A stretch of DNA of 64,000 nt from Haliotis rufescens (Eukaryota): NCBI RefSeq assembly GCF_023055435.1, contig NW_025963891.1, positions 9,858,001 through 9,922,000 on the forward strand. The letters are read 5' to 3'. The position numbers and the translations under genes were made by a program. The notes under the pieces were generated by a model that was not told the DNA's origin, did no database searches, and saw only the letters and a program-made list of their open reading frames with translations. This document shows positions 12,900 to 25,492 of this stretch, in pieces. Position 1 is the stretch's first letter; each line of letters begins with the position of its first letter.

Positions 12900-13350
12900 T
12901 GATGCAACTACATATGAATTAGTCTTTCTTTCATCAAGCCCATAATGACAACACTTATTTTCAGTTCAGGGAACCAGAATTCGCACAGTTGTATCGAGCT
13001 GCTGTCATCATTCGAACAGCTGTTGCCTCTTCACCTAGTTTTCCTTTGTGGCTTCTCGATACAGGGAATGTTTCGTACATGAGTGCCAAAAAGTGGTTTC
13101 GCCTGTTCCCTTATTTTCCTGGCATGGCATAGGAGAAAGCTGATGCGAAAACACTTTGCTTTAGGTGTGGCCTAAAGACACCTTAAAGGGTCTGCCAAAT
13201 TACAGCAGCTACTCAACTCGTTTGGACACTGCGTTTCACACTCGGTGACTCTTGCGTGAAACCGATGTTCCCTATGGATTTCGAAACAATGTGTTTACCA
13301 CCCTGGTGTGAAATAACATCGATTTGGGTGATATCGCATTATGGCATCAA
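12900..13350 (+). mobile_element. Degraded DNA-transposon transposase relic (possibly Academ-like)
   Basis: Frameshifted translation MRKHFALGVA.RHLKGSAKLQQLLNSFGHCVSHSVTL...VFTTLV*NNIDLG. Copies at ~35480-35625 (+), 43670-44180 (-), 53780-54030 (-), 63830-64000 (-). Superfamily assignment is from memory of the motif only. Confidence 0.4.
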
Positions 13351-13933
13351 CTTTAAGTTATGTCAATTCTCACAAAAATGAATTCCAGTGACATTTTACA
13401 ATATTTTATGATTAATATATAATTATATTCCTGATGAACATTCAAATAAAGTAAGTGAATTAAATATAAACAAAACAAACAATGTTATGAAATGTAATAA
13501 GATGCAATATTTATTTTTATACATGGTTCATTGAAGCTGGTCAGGTAATTCAAGTACATGTAAGAGTTAGTAGCCATGATCCCTTCAGTCCGTTCACCTT
13601 TTTGCACAGTATATCATGCTTCTCATGGTGTCACTGCTTTCTGCTTTTCATGTTAATACATAATGTCTCGTTCTATAATCTATACCATACTATACTATAA
13701 TAGTATCCAGTATGCTCACTCTTTACGCAGGCAGCCAGTGTTCGAATGCCGGGTCGGCACTTTATATTTGGTGTCCTCATTTGGTTGTGATCGCAAGATT
13801 GATATACGACCGAAAAACTAATACACAACCACCACCACTTACTTCGATAATACTGTCTTATGGACTTATGGATTTTTCTCTATTTTAACCAAATGTTCCT
13901 TATTTATATTGATATCTAGTACTGCATATCACA

Positions 13934-14100
13934 GGGACGATGAGGTAGCCTAGTTGTTAAAGTGTTAGTTCGTCACGGCGAACACCCGGGTTTTATTCCC
14001 ACCTGAGTACAATGCATGAAGCCCATGTTCCGGTGTCCCTTTCGTGATGTTGTTGAAATATAGAAGTGGCGTAAAACCATACTCATTCCTCACTCACTCA
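13934..14100 (+). mobile_element. Older diverged SINE family 1 copy, duplicated with the unit
   Basis: Degenerate A/B boxes and ACTC tail; inverted equivalents at ~42908-43075, 53468-53635, 63510-63677. Confidence 0.75.
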
Positions 14101-14129
14101 TATGTGGGAGGAAACTACTAGGTCGGCAG

Positions 14130-14800
14130 AGACCGTGACTGTAAGTGAGATTCAGTAATGTCCAGCAACAAGACAACTGAGCAGTGGAAGCCAGATGACC
14201 ATCAAGACACTACGAGTACATCATTATCAGTGCCTGACAAGATGAATACCAGACCAACTGTACTACAGCAGGAATGTGAAGAGACTGAAAGGAGATGTTC
14301 CAAGAGAGTCACCAGACCACTAGTTAGACTGAATCTCTTACCTTGTAAGACAAGAGCACTTTGTGCCCCGTGAAAGGTCATGCTCATTGCTGGGGCTTTA
14401 AAGTTGAAGTTTATTCAAATATTTCAAGTTGATAAGTTCTGAGTTAAACGTTTGTAACGTTGGTGAAGATTCAACCATTCAAATAAAGGAGAGGTCTGGT
14501 ATCCATCTGATAATTGGTCTAAGGAATGTAATGTTTCCTTCGCTTATTGTCCAATGCTAGGCAACCATGCACTACCACATCATATCCCGTGCGACACTAG
14601 GTCACGATTACCCGTCACTTGTACCATGCAATGAAATGGTTGAACCTTACATGTCTCCTTATTGTCTTTGTCACTGTACATTTACATGCTCCCCGGTAAA
14701 GTTCCCGTGGGTGAAGCGGATATATATGACTGAGCCGTGGAGCAGTGAATATAATTTCAATTAATCAAAAGAGAGTATCAATATTCAAGAGCACCCATGT
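14130..14800 (+). mobile_element. Possible LTR-retrotransposon 3' relic (pol tail plus LTR-like sequence), present in most duplication units
   Basis: ERRCSKRVTRPLVRLNL resembles the RRSxRxxxPPxRL tail after gypsy integrase, followed by a purine tract (AAAGGAGAGG). Inverted copies at ~42450-42900, 52830-53450, 62800-63500. Confidence 0.45.
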
Positions 14801-14844
14801 GTGACATTGCATTATATCACCCGTCACGAGTGCTGATGAAACTG

Positions 14845-15830
14845 ACATACTGTTCAAAGCGGCGTTAACCTAAATTCACTCACTCTTTCCTGTACAAGTC
14901 GCTAATTAGGCGATAGCTTCGTTCTGTTTATATTCTTTGGATATTTGTTGAAAATAGTGATCGTAATGGGTTCATTGGCCAATGACCGTTTTATTTCCAT
15001 TTGTTTCAGGAATGAACTGGTGACAATTTGTTATGTTCATTTGTCTTGATCCTGCATACATGTGTCTCCTCCTTTAATCGTATATTGTCTGGTTCTGAGT
15101 ATTTAGTTCACCCTATAATGGTCTATCTTGAAGGGTGAGGATGCGGCTGGTTCAACCGTTTGAGGCGCCGACATTTGATGAATTGTGTTCCTTGGACAAT
15201 CCAAACCCAACTCACTTCCTCTATCCTCAAAATCGAACGATAATAGAAAAACGTGTTTCATTTGAACATCAGTTGACCAACCTTGACTAATTTCTTCAAT
15301 CCTATCATCTTGACTGTCGAGAGTCTTTATGCCCTTGCATACTGTTCAAAGCGGCGTTAACCTTAACTCACTCACTCTTTGCTGTACAAGTCGCTAATGA
15401 GGCGATATCTTCGTTCTGTTTATCTTCTTAGGATATTTTTTGAAAATTGTGATCGTAATGGGTTCATTTGGCAAGAACCGTTTTATTTCCATTTGTTTCA
15501 GGAATTAACTGGTAACAACTTATTATGTTCATTTGTCTTGATCCTGCATACATGTGTCTCCTCCTTTAATCGTATATTGTCTGGTTCTGAGTATTTAGTT
15601 CACCCCATAATGGTCTATCCTGAAGGGTGAGGATACGGCTGGTTCAGCCGTCTGAGGCGACGCTATTTGCTGTGCAGAGTTGCGTTCCTTGGGCAACCCA
15701 AACCCAACTCACTCACTCTATCCTCAAAATCGAATGATAATAGAAAATCGTGTTAAAGTAGTTTCATTTGATCATCAGTTGACCAACCTGGACCTATTTC
15801 TTTGCGATCTTGACTGTCGAGAGTCTATGT
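14845..15830 (+). repeat. Local ~490-bp tandem duplication downstream of copy B
   Basis: 14845-15335 is repeated at 15337-15830 (both start CATACTGTTCAAAGCGGCGTTAACC); single-copy in the E, F and G units. Confidence 0.85.
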
Positions 15831-17184
15831 TCCGATCCGACTGCTAAACAATTGTCACGTACCTATTATATGACACAAGTTCAACACATGATCTCGATGT
15901 CGCACATAAACCGTCCAAGCAACCACAGTACTCTGGTTAAATGCAAAGTTTTATTGACAATGGTTTACACGTGGCGTTGTCCGTGGGCGATGAAGGATCG
16001 AGAGGCAACCTGGACCAATTTCTTCCAACCTATCTTCTTTACTGTCGAGAGTCTATGTTTTGTATGGCGTTCCAATAGGATCCCCTTGCTAAATAATTGT
16101 CACGTGCCTATAACATGACGCAAAGTTCAACACATGATCTCAATAGGTCACATAAACCGTCCAAGCAACAACAGTACTCTGGTTAAATGCAAAGTTTTAT
16201 TGACCATGGTTTACATGTGACGTTTTCCGTGGGCGATGAAGGATCGAGAGGCAGCATATTCAGCATCTGCAATGCCGAAAGTTCAAGATGAGGTTAACGT
16301 GTCATGTTTAATAATGTAAGAATATTTCATATCATGACTAGTCATCAGGAATGCGTACTATGTGCACAACGCATGAACACCATCTCCCGATACACCGCCT
16401 TCGTGGAGAAGTGGACAGAGCGTCCGTCCGGGGAGCAGAAGACAGTTGGTCCAGAGTAAGTATTTCTCCCAATCAACCTATGCTGGTCGTTAGAGGCGGC
16501 TTAATGGGTCGAGTGATCAGGCTCGGTTATTTGGCTGATTGCGTGTCTGGTTCAGACAGGCTTTCATATAGTTGGAATATTGCTGATGGCGGCGTTGAAC
16601 TTAACGAAACAAACAGTCAATAGTTCCAACAGTAACTTGTTCCTCAGACAGTGGTGAAACCAGTCAGAAGGAGAACCTCCATGGTGTATTTGACAGAGCG
16701 TCTGCCCGAGGAGCTATTGCAATTAATGTGGAGTAATTTGTCCTGATTTGTAAACCCACTTAATTTTTGTAATTCATTTGTTGATTGTATACAACACGCT
16801 GGTTGTTTGTTGGTTTCACACGAAGTTCTTTTACGTTCAGACTTCTGGATTAACATACTATTTCAATTTGGGAATCAACACGAAACAGTATATAATTTCA
16901 ATTTGTAAAAGGAGAGTAGCAATGTTCAAAAGCACCCGTTTGTGCTTTAGCGCAACATCAACCATCAACAAGCACTGGCCGGCTCGGTGTCTGAGTATTA
17001 TGTGTCAGAGTGGAGTTTCCATGTAAAACTGCGACATGGCATCCCAGTGAGCAAGCACTATAAGGTCCGGACAAGGACAAGCCGCCACACGGAGTGGAAT
17101 AACCTTGAACCCGATGTTAAAACTCATTTCGCCTCACTTCACCTTACCTCGCCTATATCACGTTCAATACAACTCACCTTACAA

Positions 17185-18784
17185 CTAGTTGGCACCACAC
17201 ATACCAAGTCGGTTGCATGCCGTTTTAACATCCTGTAATAACAAATGTTCCATTCTTTTACATATGTTTCCAAAAAAAACCAGTCGTCTTTTAACTCTAA
17301 CTAGCCAGGTTTTATACTTCAGTCCGATCATACATATTGATAAGTGGCTTTAATGGATATCTGTAAAGAAATCGATATATATGCCTGTAAAGTGTAAGTT
17401 TATGTATGTATTATTACAATGAGTATCTCACTTATACATCCAACATTTACTTACCACCAAATCTAGTAGCTCGATTTCCATTTCGATTGCTGCATATAGA
17501 AAGTCAACACACTGAAACAGAGTACACAGAATGCTCAAACATAATTAGATGAATGTGAAATTGTATACATACACACATTATATAATGATATAAGAATATA
17601 TAGCATGACTGATTATGAAATTAACTGTAACACAATATGAGGGGCGACCTACGGGATCAGATGGTCAGGCTAGCTGACTTGCATGGTGCACGTCATTGTA
17701 TCCGATACTCATGGTGTCAAACACATGGATTGTCTAGGACTACAATAAGGAAAGAACTACTGAATTTATATCATAATCAGAAAACTGAACAATGATTGGA
17801 TAACTATATACACACCTGTTCCTGGCGGTCTTCGCTGAGCATTTCACAGAACATGGTTTCGATCATTTATTTACAGAGGCCTGTAAAAGAAAAGTTTTTA
17901 ACTACAAGTAGTCATGAATTTGTGATTGCATGGTACATATTTTATGTATTTTGGGAAATAATGCAAATATGCCAGACCAACATCGGAGTCATAAAAACAA
18001 TTTGTCATTCACAACATCGTCCATTATCCTTTCTTTGACGTCTTTGAGAAAGTTCTTGCAGTCCTTGCATCGCCCTCTCCCTTGAACCTACGGAAACATG
18101 AAATGACAAATTGAATGCATTATTATGCCTACAGGTTTTAGGCTTTCGTTTGTAACCAATGTAACAATAATGTTGCAGCCCAATAAGTGTGACGAATGGA
18201 GACCTCCTCTTTCTAACCCAGTAAATTGTACAAATCATGTACACGTTAAGACATTCATTTGATTGTGTATAAGGTTGATGAGTTGTGCTCACTATACCTG
18301 TTGACTAGTGGACTAGTACTAGGTATTAATCTTGCCTTGTTTGTAGGTGTGTTCATGTTGGCGGTATCAAGCGACGGACAGAACTTGGTGGCTTTACAGA
18401 TGGCTTCAGGACTCTGTGAAGGTGAACACAATTGCATGATATGTTGTAAAACCAAATCCTTTTACTTACTCGCAGTGTACAATAATAATTATAGAGTTAA
18501 AGGTAAAAACATAGTTCAGTTCTCATCGTTTTGTGTAACTCAGTGAAAACATGAAAACGGTTATTATTCTGATAAAGGAAATGTAAGCTGAAATGCTGAT
18601 ATAGAGTTTTCCATCTCTTTCCCCGGGTATCCAAACTCCATCTGATTGGTAAATCCCTGAACTTGTGCTTCATGATTAGTCCATTGATTGGAGCAGAATT
18701 TCTGATTATGGGAAAGTTATCAGTTACCTGACTGTTGACTTTGTCCCTCTTCTCCTGGCATATTTTCTGCACCTTTGTCTTACA
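17185..18784 (-). pseudogene. Copy B: saposin-like pseudogene (exons 4-9 only, frameshift and stop in exon 7)
   Basis: Exons 18784-18728, 18413-18336, 18087-18013, 17880-17816 (65 nt instead of 66; AAT AAA CTG ATC became AAT AAA TGA), 17511-17455, 17232-17185. Promoter and exons 1-3 are absent. Confidence 0.85.
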
Positions 18785-18933
18785 CTGCAAATGCGAGTAG
18801 GATATTTACAAATATCCAATTATATGCATTAATCAGGATTTCTTTTCTGATTTGTTCGAATGTAAACATATATACATTAATCATTTTTTCACTGAAGTTG
18901 GCGCGTTGACGTTTTATATTTACATATTTTCAG

Positions 18934-21582
18934 CTATGTCCATGTCGATACAGGATGGAAATGATGAGTGTGCTGATTGCATCGCTTTCATTACTGATCG
19001 CCAGGAGATGGAACTCGAATCGATTGTACGTAAATAATACCGACTATATCCCATGATAGTTCGTAAAAATCGTGTTATTCAAAATGTGCCCACTAACATA
19101 TACGTACATGTTTAGAACATTATCTTATTGATTATACACTAATGGTTTATACCCTTATCCTTAATATAATTCATCAAAATGGGATATGTTGTCAACCAAG
19201 TGTCATTTTGGAAATAATATGGCACCTGTCAAGTCCTTAGAGGAATAATGTACTGAGTAATGTACTATCTACCATAAATGAATCTCTTACTGAAGATATG
19301 TCCATATATTTATCAGTATTCTATCTACCACAAATTAATCTATTACAACATATGTGTACATATTTTAAAAGAAGCCTATCCATGAAATTACGAATGTAAA
19401 ATGTCACAAATACACTGCTTCTTTCTCTTCTCCAGATTTAATGTACTGAGTTTTTAAACATTTCTTTCAGGATGAACAGGAAGCAAAAATGAACAATATC
19501 TGTTCCACAATGGAACCCAGCCAGGTGGAAGAGGTGAGAAAAATAATAGTTCTCAATAGTAGAAAAACGGATTTCATAAACAAGAAGATCAGACATGTCA
19601 TTGCAAAGAGGAATGTATTAAATATATCACACATCTGATAATTGAGGTAATAATTTTGATTATCTTTTGCAAACAATTATCACTGCTCAGCGTTCTAGAA
19701 CTGCCTGTATATTCTTGTTTAGAATGCATACATCCTAATATCGGAGGTGGTTTTAACAAGGTAGATAATTAAAAAGGAACAATAATCTCTATTCATTGTA
19801 AATTGTCACCTTTAAAATCTTAACGCCGTGATCATAGATAATCTTGTATTATCGAGGCTAACATTGTGAAAACGCGTATTTGCAGTGTAAGACAAAAGTG
19901 CAGAAAATATGCCAGAAGAAGAAGGACAAAGTCAACAGTCAGGTAACAGTTAACTTTTACATCATCAGAAATCCTTCTCCAATCAATGGACTACTCACGA
20001 ATCGAAGATTGCGTCAGCTTACATTTGCATATACTGACATCATGAAAAAGGCGATTGATGCAAAAAGTTCAGGGATGTACCAATCAGATGGAATTTGCAT
20101 ACCCAGGGAAGGAGATATATCTCACTATCAGCATTTCAGCTTACATTTCCTTTATCAGAATAATAACCTTTATCATGTATACACTGATTTACACAAAACG
20201 CTGAGAACTGAAATTTGTTTTCCCCTGCAACTCTGTTATTATAATTGTAAACTGCGAGTAAGTAAAAGGATTGGGTTTTACAACATATCATGCAAATGTG
20301 TTCACCTTCACAGAGTCCTGAAGCCATCTGTAAAGCCACCAAGTACTGTCCGTCGCTTGATACCGCCAACATGAACACACCCACAAACAAGGCAAGAATA
20401 ATACCTAGTACTAGTCCAGTAGTCAACAGGTTTAGTGAGTATAACTCATCAAACTTACACACAATCAAATGAATGTCTTAACGGAGGTCTTCATTCGTCA
20501 CACTTATTGTGCTACAATATTATTGTTACATTTGTTACAAACGAAAGCCTAAAAAACGTAGGCATAATGATACATTCAATTTGTCATTTCATGTTTCCGT
20601 AGGTTCAAGGGAGAGGGCGATGCAAGGACTGCAAGAACTTTCTCAAAGACGTCAAAGAAAGGCAAATGGACACTGTTGTGAGTGACAAATATTGAGAAGG
20701 TTTATCACTCCTATGTCGGTCTGGCATATTTGCATTTTTTCCCAAACTACATAAACATGTACCATCTTGTTTTAAGTTAAATTAACAAATCGTACACGTT
20801 GATGTTATGCAATTATAAAATCATGACTACTTTTAGTTAAAAGCTTTCCTGTTACAGGCCTCTGTAAATAAACTGATTGAAACCATGTTTGTTGAAAAGC
20901 TCAGCGAAGACCGCAAGGAACTGGTGTGTATATAGCTATCCAATACTTTTTCAGTTTTCTGTTTTTGATATAAATTCAGTAGTTCCATTCTAATTGTTTT
21001 TTAACGCCGCACTCTGCAATATGTTAGCTACTTTACTGCAGTCTGAAAATAATCGATTCTGGACCAGACAATCCAGTGATGGACATCATGAGTGTCGGAG
21101 ACAATGACGTGCACCATCCAAGTCAGCGAGCCTGACCATCTGATACCGTTAGTCGTCTCTCATATCTTGCAGTTAATTTCATAATGAGTCATCATATATA
21201 TTCTTATATCATTATATAATGTGTGTATGTTTATACTTTCAAACTCATCTAATTGTTTTTGAGCATTCTATGTACTCTGCTTCAGTGTGCTGACTTTCTA
21301 GATGCAGCAATCGAAATGGAAATCCAGCTGATAGATTTGGTAGTAAGTAAATGTTGGATGAATAAATGAGATACTCATTGTTTTAATACATGCATAAACT
21401 TACACTTTACAGCCATAGATATACCAAATAAGGACAATTATCAATATGTATAAATAACTGGATAGTTAGAGATAAAAGACTGATGTTTATTTAATTAAAC
21501 ATAAGTAAAAGAATGAAACATTTTTTTATTACAGGATGTTAAAACGTCATGCAATCGACTTGGTATGTGTGGTGCCAACTAG
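18934..21582 (+). pseudogene. Copy C: saposin-like probable pseudogene (exons 2-9, no promoter or signal-peptide exon)
   Basis: Exons 18934-19025, 19471-19533, 19886-19942, 20314-20391, 20603-20677, 20858-20923, 21286-21342, 21535-21582, in frame. Cys3 of domain 2 is replaced by Val (TTC TGT -> TTT GTT), and the poly(A) signal reads AATAAC at 22203. Confidence 0.8.
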
Positions 21583-23847
21583 TTGTAAGGTGAGTTGTTT
21601 TGAACGTGATATGGGCGAGGTAAGGTGAAGTGAGGCAAAATGAGTTTTATCATCGCGTTCAAGATTATTGTACTCATATAGCGATGTACACGCACGTGTA
21701 TATGGCAGCTTGTACTGGTCCGGACTTTATAGTCATGTCGAGTGCCAGGCAGACTAACAACAGGTACCATATTTTAAGGTCTTTTGGAATGTCACGGCCG
21801 GGGATCGAACAAAACGATCTGCCGCTCCCCGGGTAGATGCTCTATCCACTACAACACGGAGGTTCTACTTCTGCCTATGTGGCAGTTACACCACTGTCTG
21901 AGAAACATTTTTAGGTTGGAACTATATTGAATGGTTGTTTATTTACTGTAACGCTGCAATCAGCAATACTCCAACTTTATGACAGCCTGTCAAAAATCGA
22001 GTCTGGTCCAGACAAGCCAGGGATCCATATTGTAAGAACCGATCCACGCCGTCGGGGTACGATGACACGCATCAATCGACTGTTATTACATTATTAAACA
22101 AGACACGGTTAACTTCATCTTGAACTTTCGGCATTGCAGATGCTGACTATGCTGCCTCTCGATCCTTTATCGCACGGACAACGTCACATGTAAACCAGGG
22201 TCAATAACACTTTGCATTTAACTAGAGTACTGTTGTTGCTTAGACGGTTTATGTGCGATATGGAGATCATGTGTGGAACGTTTCAAGAAACTGTGTCATA
22301 TTATAGGCACGTGACAATTATTTAGCAAGGGAATCTTCGTGCAACGCCTGTTTTCACACCATACATAACATAGTCTCTCGACAGTCAAGAACGCAAAGAT
22401 CGATTTGTATAAATTGGTCCAAGTTGGTCAGCTGATGATCAAATGAAACTACTTGAACATGCATGTCTATTATCATTCGATTTTGAGGATAGCGGGGTGT
22501 GTTAGGTTTAACGCCTCCTTAAACAGTACTCCAGTTATATCACGTCGTGTCACCTTAATGTGGGAGGAAAGCCCAAAGTGATTCAGTTTTGAGATGTTAA
22601 CCACTTTGTCGAAATCCATGACCACAGGTATGGTGCCGATAAACCTAAAAACATAATCGGCGCGAACTGGGACCCGAACCCACAATCATACGTTTCTGGC
22701 GTGCCAAAGGGACGCAGCTCTGCACAGCGAATAGCGGCGCCGTAGACGACTGGGTGAAATGTTGCTAAAGGCGACTTACCGGCAAGGGTCTTCAGGCTCA
22801 GTGACATTGGTTGATTGAGTATCATCGTAAACCGATCCTTGCTCACAACACCAATCATTGGATTGTCTGGTCCGAACTCGATTATATCCAGTTCGACATT
22901 AAACAACAAACAAACACACTTCTCCTCGAAGCAAAGTTCTTTACGAAATATAGTGAAATATAGTAAAATATAGTGAATATACATGGACATTATTATACGA
23001 GAATGTGTGTCAAGCTGAGTTTACGAAATGAATGTCAGATATTTTGTATTTCCCGCGAGAAATCAGTGTGACACACATGTGAGTGTCATTATTTCTTTAT
23101 TACACATTATTTCCTAATCCTTTCAGCTTCTCTTTAGAAAAATGCACTGATCACCACACAATTTGTGGAATGACGTCAACAATCTTTAGCTATGACGTCG
23201 TTTCTAGTGTGACGCAATTCCGATCTTACGTCATAATAAGATTCGTCAACAATGTCGTCCGTATGACGGAAACTATACACTGCTGCGCGAGAAGGGATAT
23301 TTGCACTAGTTCACATACGGTTTTAATGTTGGTAGGTTGGTTTGTTGTTTAACGCCGCACACAGCAATATTCCAGCTATAAGACAGCGGTCTGTAAATAA
23401 TCGAGTCTGGACCAGACACTCCAGTGATTAATATCATGAACATCGATCAACGCAATTGGGATGGATGACATGCATCAACCAAGTCAGCGAGCCTGACCAC
23501 CTGATCACCTGATCGCCTGGATCTTCACAGGTCCACGGTTTTAATGAACTCGTTTATTTCTAACCCTATTGGTAATAAATGACTGGATACTCGAGATATG
23601 ATGTAAATGAGATTGCGGTTGTAGCGGTTTTGGCATCATATACTTATCAGTACTTCGATCATTGTTAGAAATACTGGCCAAGTTAGTCACTCACCATCAA
23701 AGTATTATAATTGAATGACAGCGACACAAATGCACCAGCATGATGATATCAGTATACCCTCAAGAACGAACACATATCTTAACACTTGACGTACTTGTCC
23801 CTTGCCGTGTGGCGTGTGTATAGCAGGATGCTAATGGACCTTACATA

Positions 23848-25250
23848 TACTCAACAACAAAAGTTCCTGTGACACCAATATTTTAGTGTATTTTTCAAAC
23901 AAGTTAAGTTTGGTTTTCAATATTGTAGTACATGTATGGAATCAAGTCACAAAAATGCAACTGCTACAGAAAAGCATGCATTCCATGCAAAAGTTGACTT
24001 TTATGCAAGCCCCATGCATTTCACTACCAAAGAATTGGCATAAAAACATGTGCGTTAACGGGATTCCATATGCATTGTTTAGCATCGTGCTGACAACAAC
24101 CACTCCGAAAAACAACAAAATTACGCAATTATTCAACATTACGAAATGCCACGCCTGTCCGAAAATGAGCGTCTGCGAGCCATTGGTTACTTGAAGCAGG
24201 ATCGAGTCAACGTGATGTTGCAAGACAATTTAACGTCCACAGAAACACCATTTGGTGTTTATGGCAACGTTGGCAACAGACGAATGCAGTCAGAGACCAT
24301 CCTCGGAGTGGCAGGCCACGCGTAACCAATAAACGACAAGACAACTGGATTCGACCAACACACCTACGTAATCGATTCCAGCCAGCAAAAGTGACTGCAA
24401 GAAGCATCCCTGGCCTTCGACGAATATCTTCACAAACCGTACGTCGTTGTCTCAGATGTGCAGGGATTGTCGCCAGAAGACCCGCCAGACGTTCCATTTT
24501 GAGGGGACAAGTACCATTCACTGACGAGTCTCGTTTTCCCCTCAGCCACAGCGATGGACGGATTCGAATGTACCGACGTCGAGGTGAACGTTACGTCAAT
24601 AATTGTGTCATGGAAGAAGATCGGTTCGGGGGCGGCATGATATGGGTTGGGATTACAGCAAGACAGATGACCCGTTTGATAGTGGTAGAGGGAAATCTCA
24701 ATGGACAGCGCTACCGCGACGAGATCATCGGCCCTGTTGTTCTATCGTTTTTGCGTCGTCATGACCCAGGCATTACCTTTAAACATGACAACGCCCGGCC
24801 TCATATTGCTCGACTTGTTCAGGATTCCCTTCAACAAAACAACGTGAATGTCATCCCCTGGCCGGCTCGCTCCCCAGACCTCTCACTAATCGGGCACATG
24901 TGGGCTGAGATGGATCGGCGCCTTCGACGTCAACCACGTGTTCCACAGACACTCCAGGAACTTCGAAACATGCTCCAGCAGATATGGACAGATATCCCAC
25001 AGGACTTTGTGCGACGCCTGGTCCATTCCATGAGACGAAGATGTGTTGCTTGCATTGCAACCAGAGGTGGACACACACGCTATTGATTTGTAAATTGACA
25101 TTTTGGCATGTTCATGGTTTTTTTATGAAATCAGTATGGCAAATTAAACCATTTGAACACTTACGGGAGTCTTTTTTCTGTTGCAAACCGAAATGTTTCA
25201 GATTTGGTACATAACTTATTCAATGTTACAGGAACTTTTGTTGTTCAGTA
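23848..25250 (+). mobile_element. Tc1/mariner DNA transposon, full length but inactive
   Basis: 27-bp TIRs (TACTCAACAACAAAAGTTCCTGTGACA at 23848-23874; 25224-25250, 2 mismatches) with flanking TA. Transposase runs from ATG 24146 (frameshifted) to 25086 with FTDES, HDNARPH and WPARSPDL; the catalytic E is replaced by G (LIGHMW). Confidence 0.92.
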
Positions 25251-25252
25251 TA

Positions 25253-25412
25253 TTAATCCGTCTGACGTCATGTTTGGAAACGTTACTGAGTATATTTGAT
25301 GAAATATGGACAACCGGAAATTTACCTCCTTCATGGCTCAATGCTATTATTGTTCCTATTCCAAAGCCTGGACGGGATCACACAGATTCATCCAACTACC
25401 TTCCAATATCAT
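25253..25412 (+). mobile_element. LINE ORF2 fragment (region just before the RT domain)
   Basis: Translates LLSIFDEIWTTGNLPPSWLNAIIVPIPKPGRDHTDSSNYLPISL, the typical P.SW..A...PIPKPG.D.....YRPISL block. Confidence 0.75.
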
Positions 25413-25492
25413 TAGGGGGCACGGGTGGCCCAGTCGTTTAAGGCGCCGCGATTCGCTGTGCAGAGTTGCGTCCCTTGGGCACGCCAGAAACC

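Larger units (their letters stand above)
7240..18790 (-). repeat. ~11.5 kb inverted segmental duplication (B exon 4 to A intron 7), matching the E->F and F->G intervals
   Basis: Exons, SINEs, the (TGAA)n tract, the gypsy-tail relic and the transposase relic occur in the same order, reverse-complemented, at ~39180-50810 and ~49500-60830. Confidence 0.85.

Noticed and set aside
18259-18546. Recurrent hydrophobic ORF (MIVCKFDEL...GLVLGINLALFVGVFML) as a membrane protein family
   Set aside because: It is the antisense of saposin exon 5 and its flanks; it recurs only because the unit is duplicated, and its length and stops vary.
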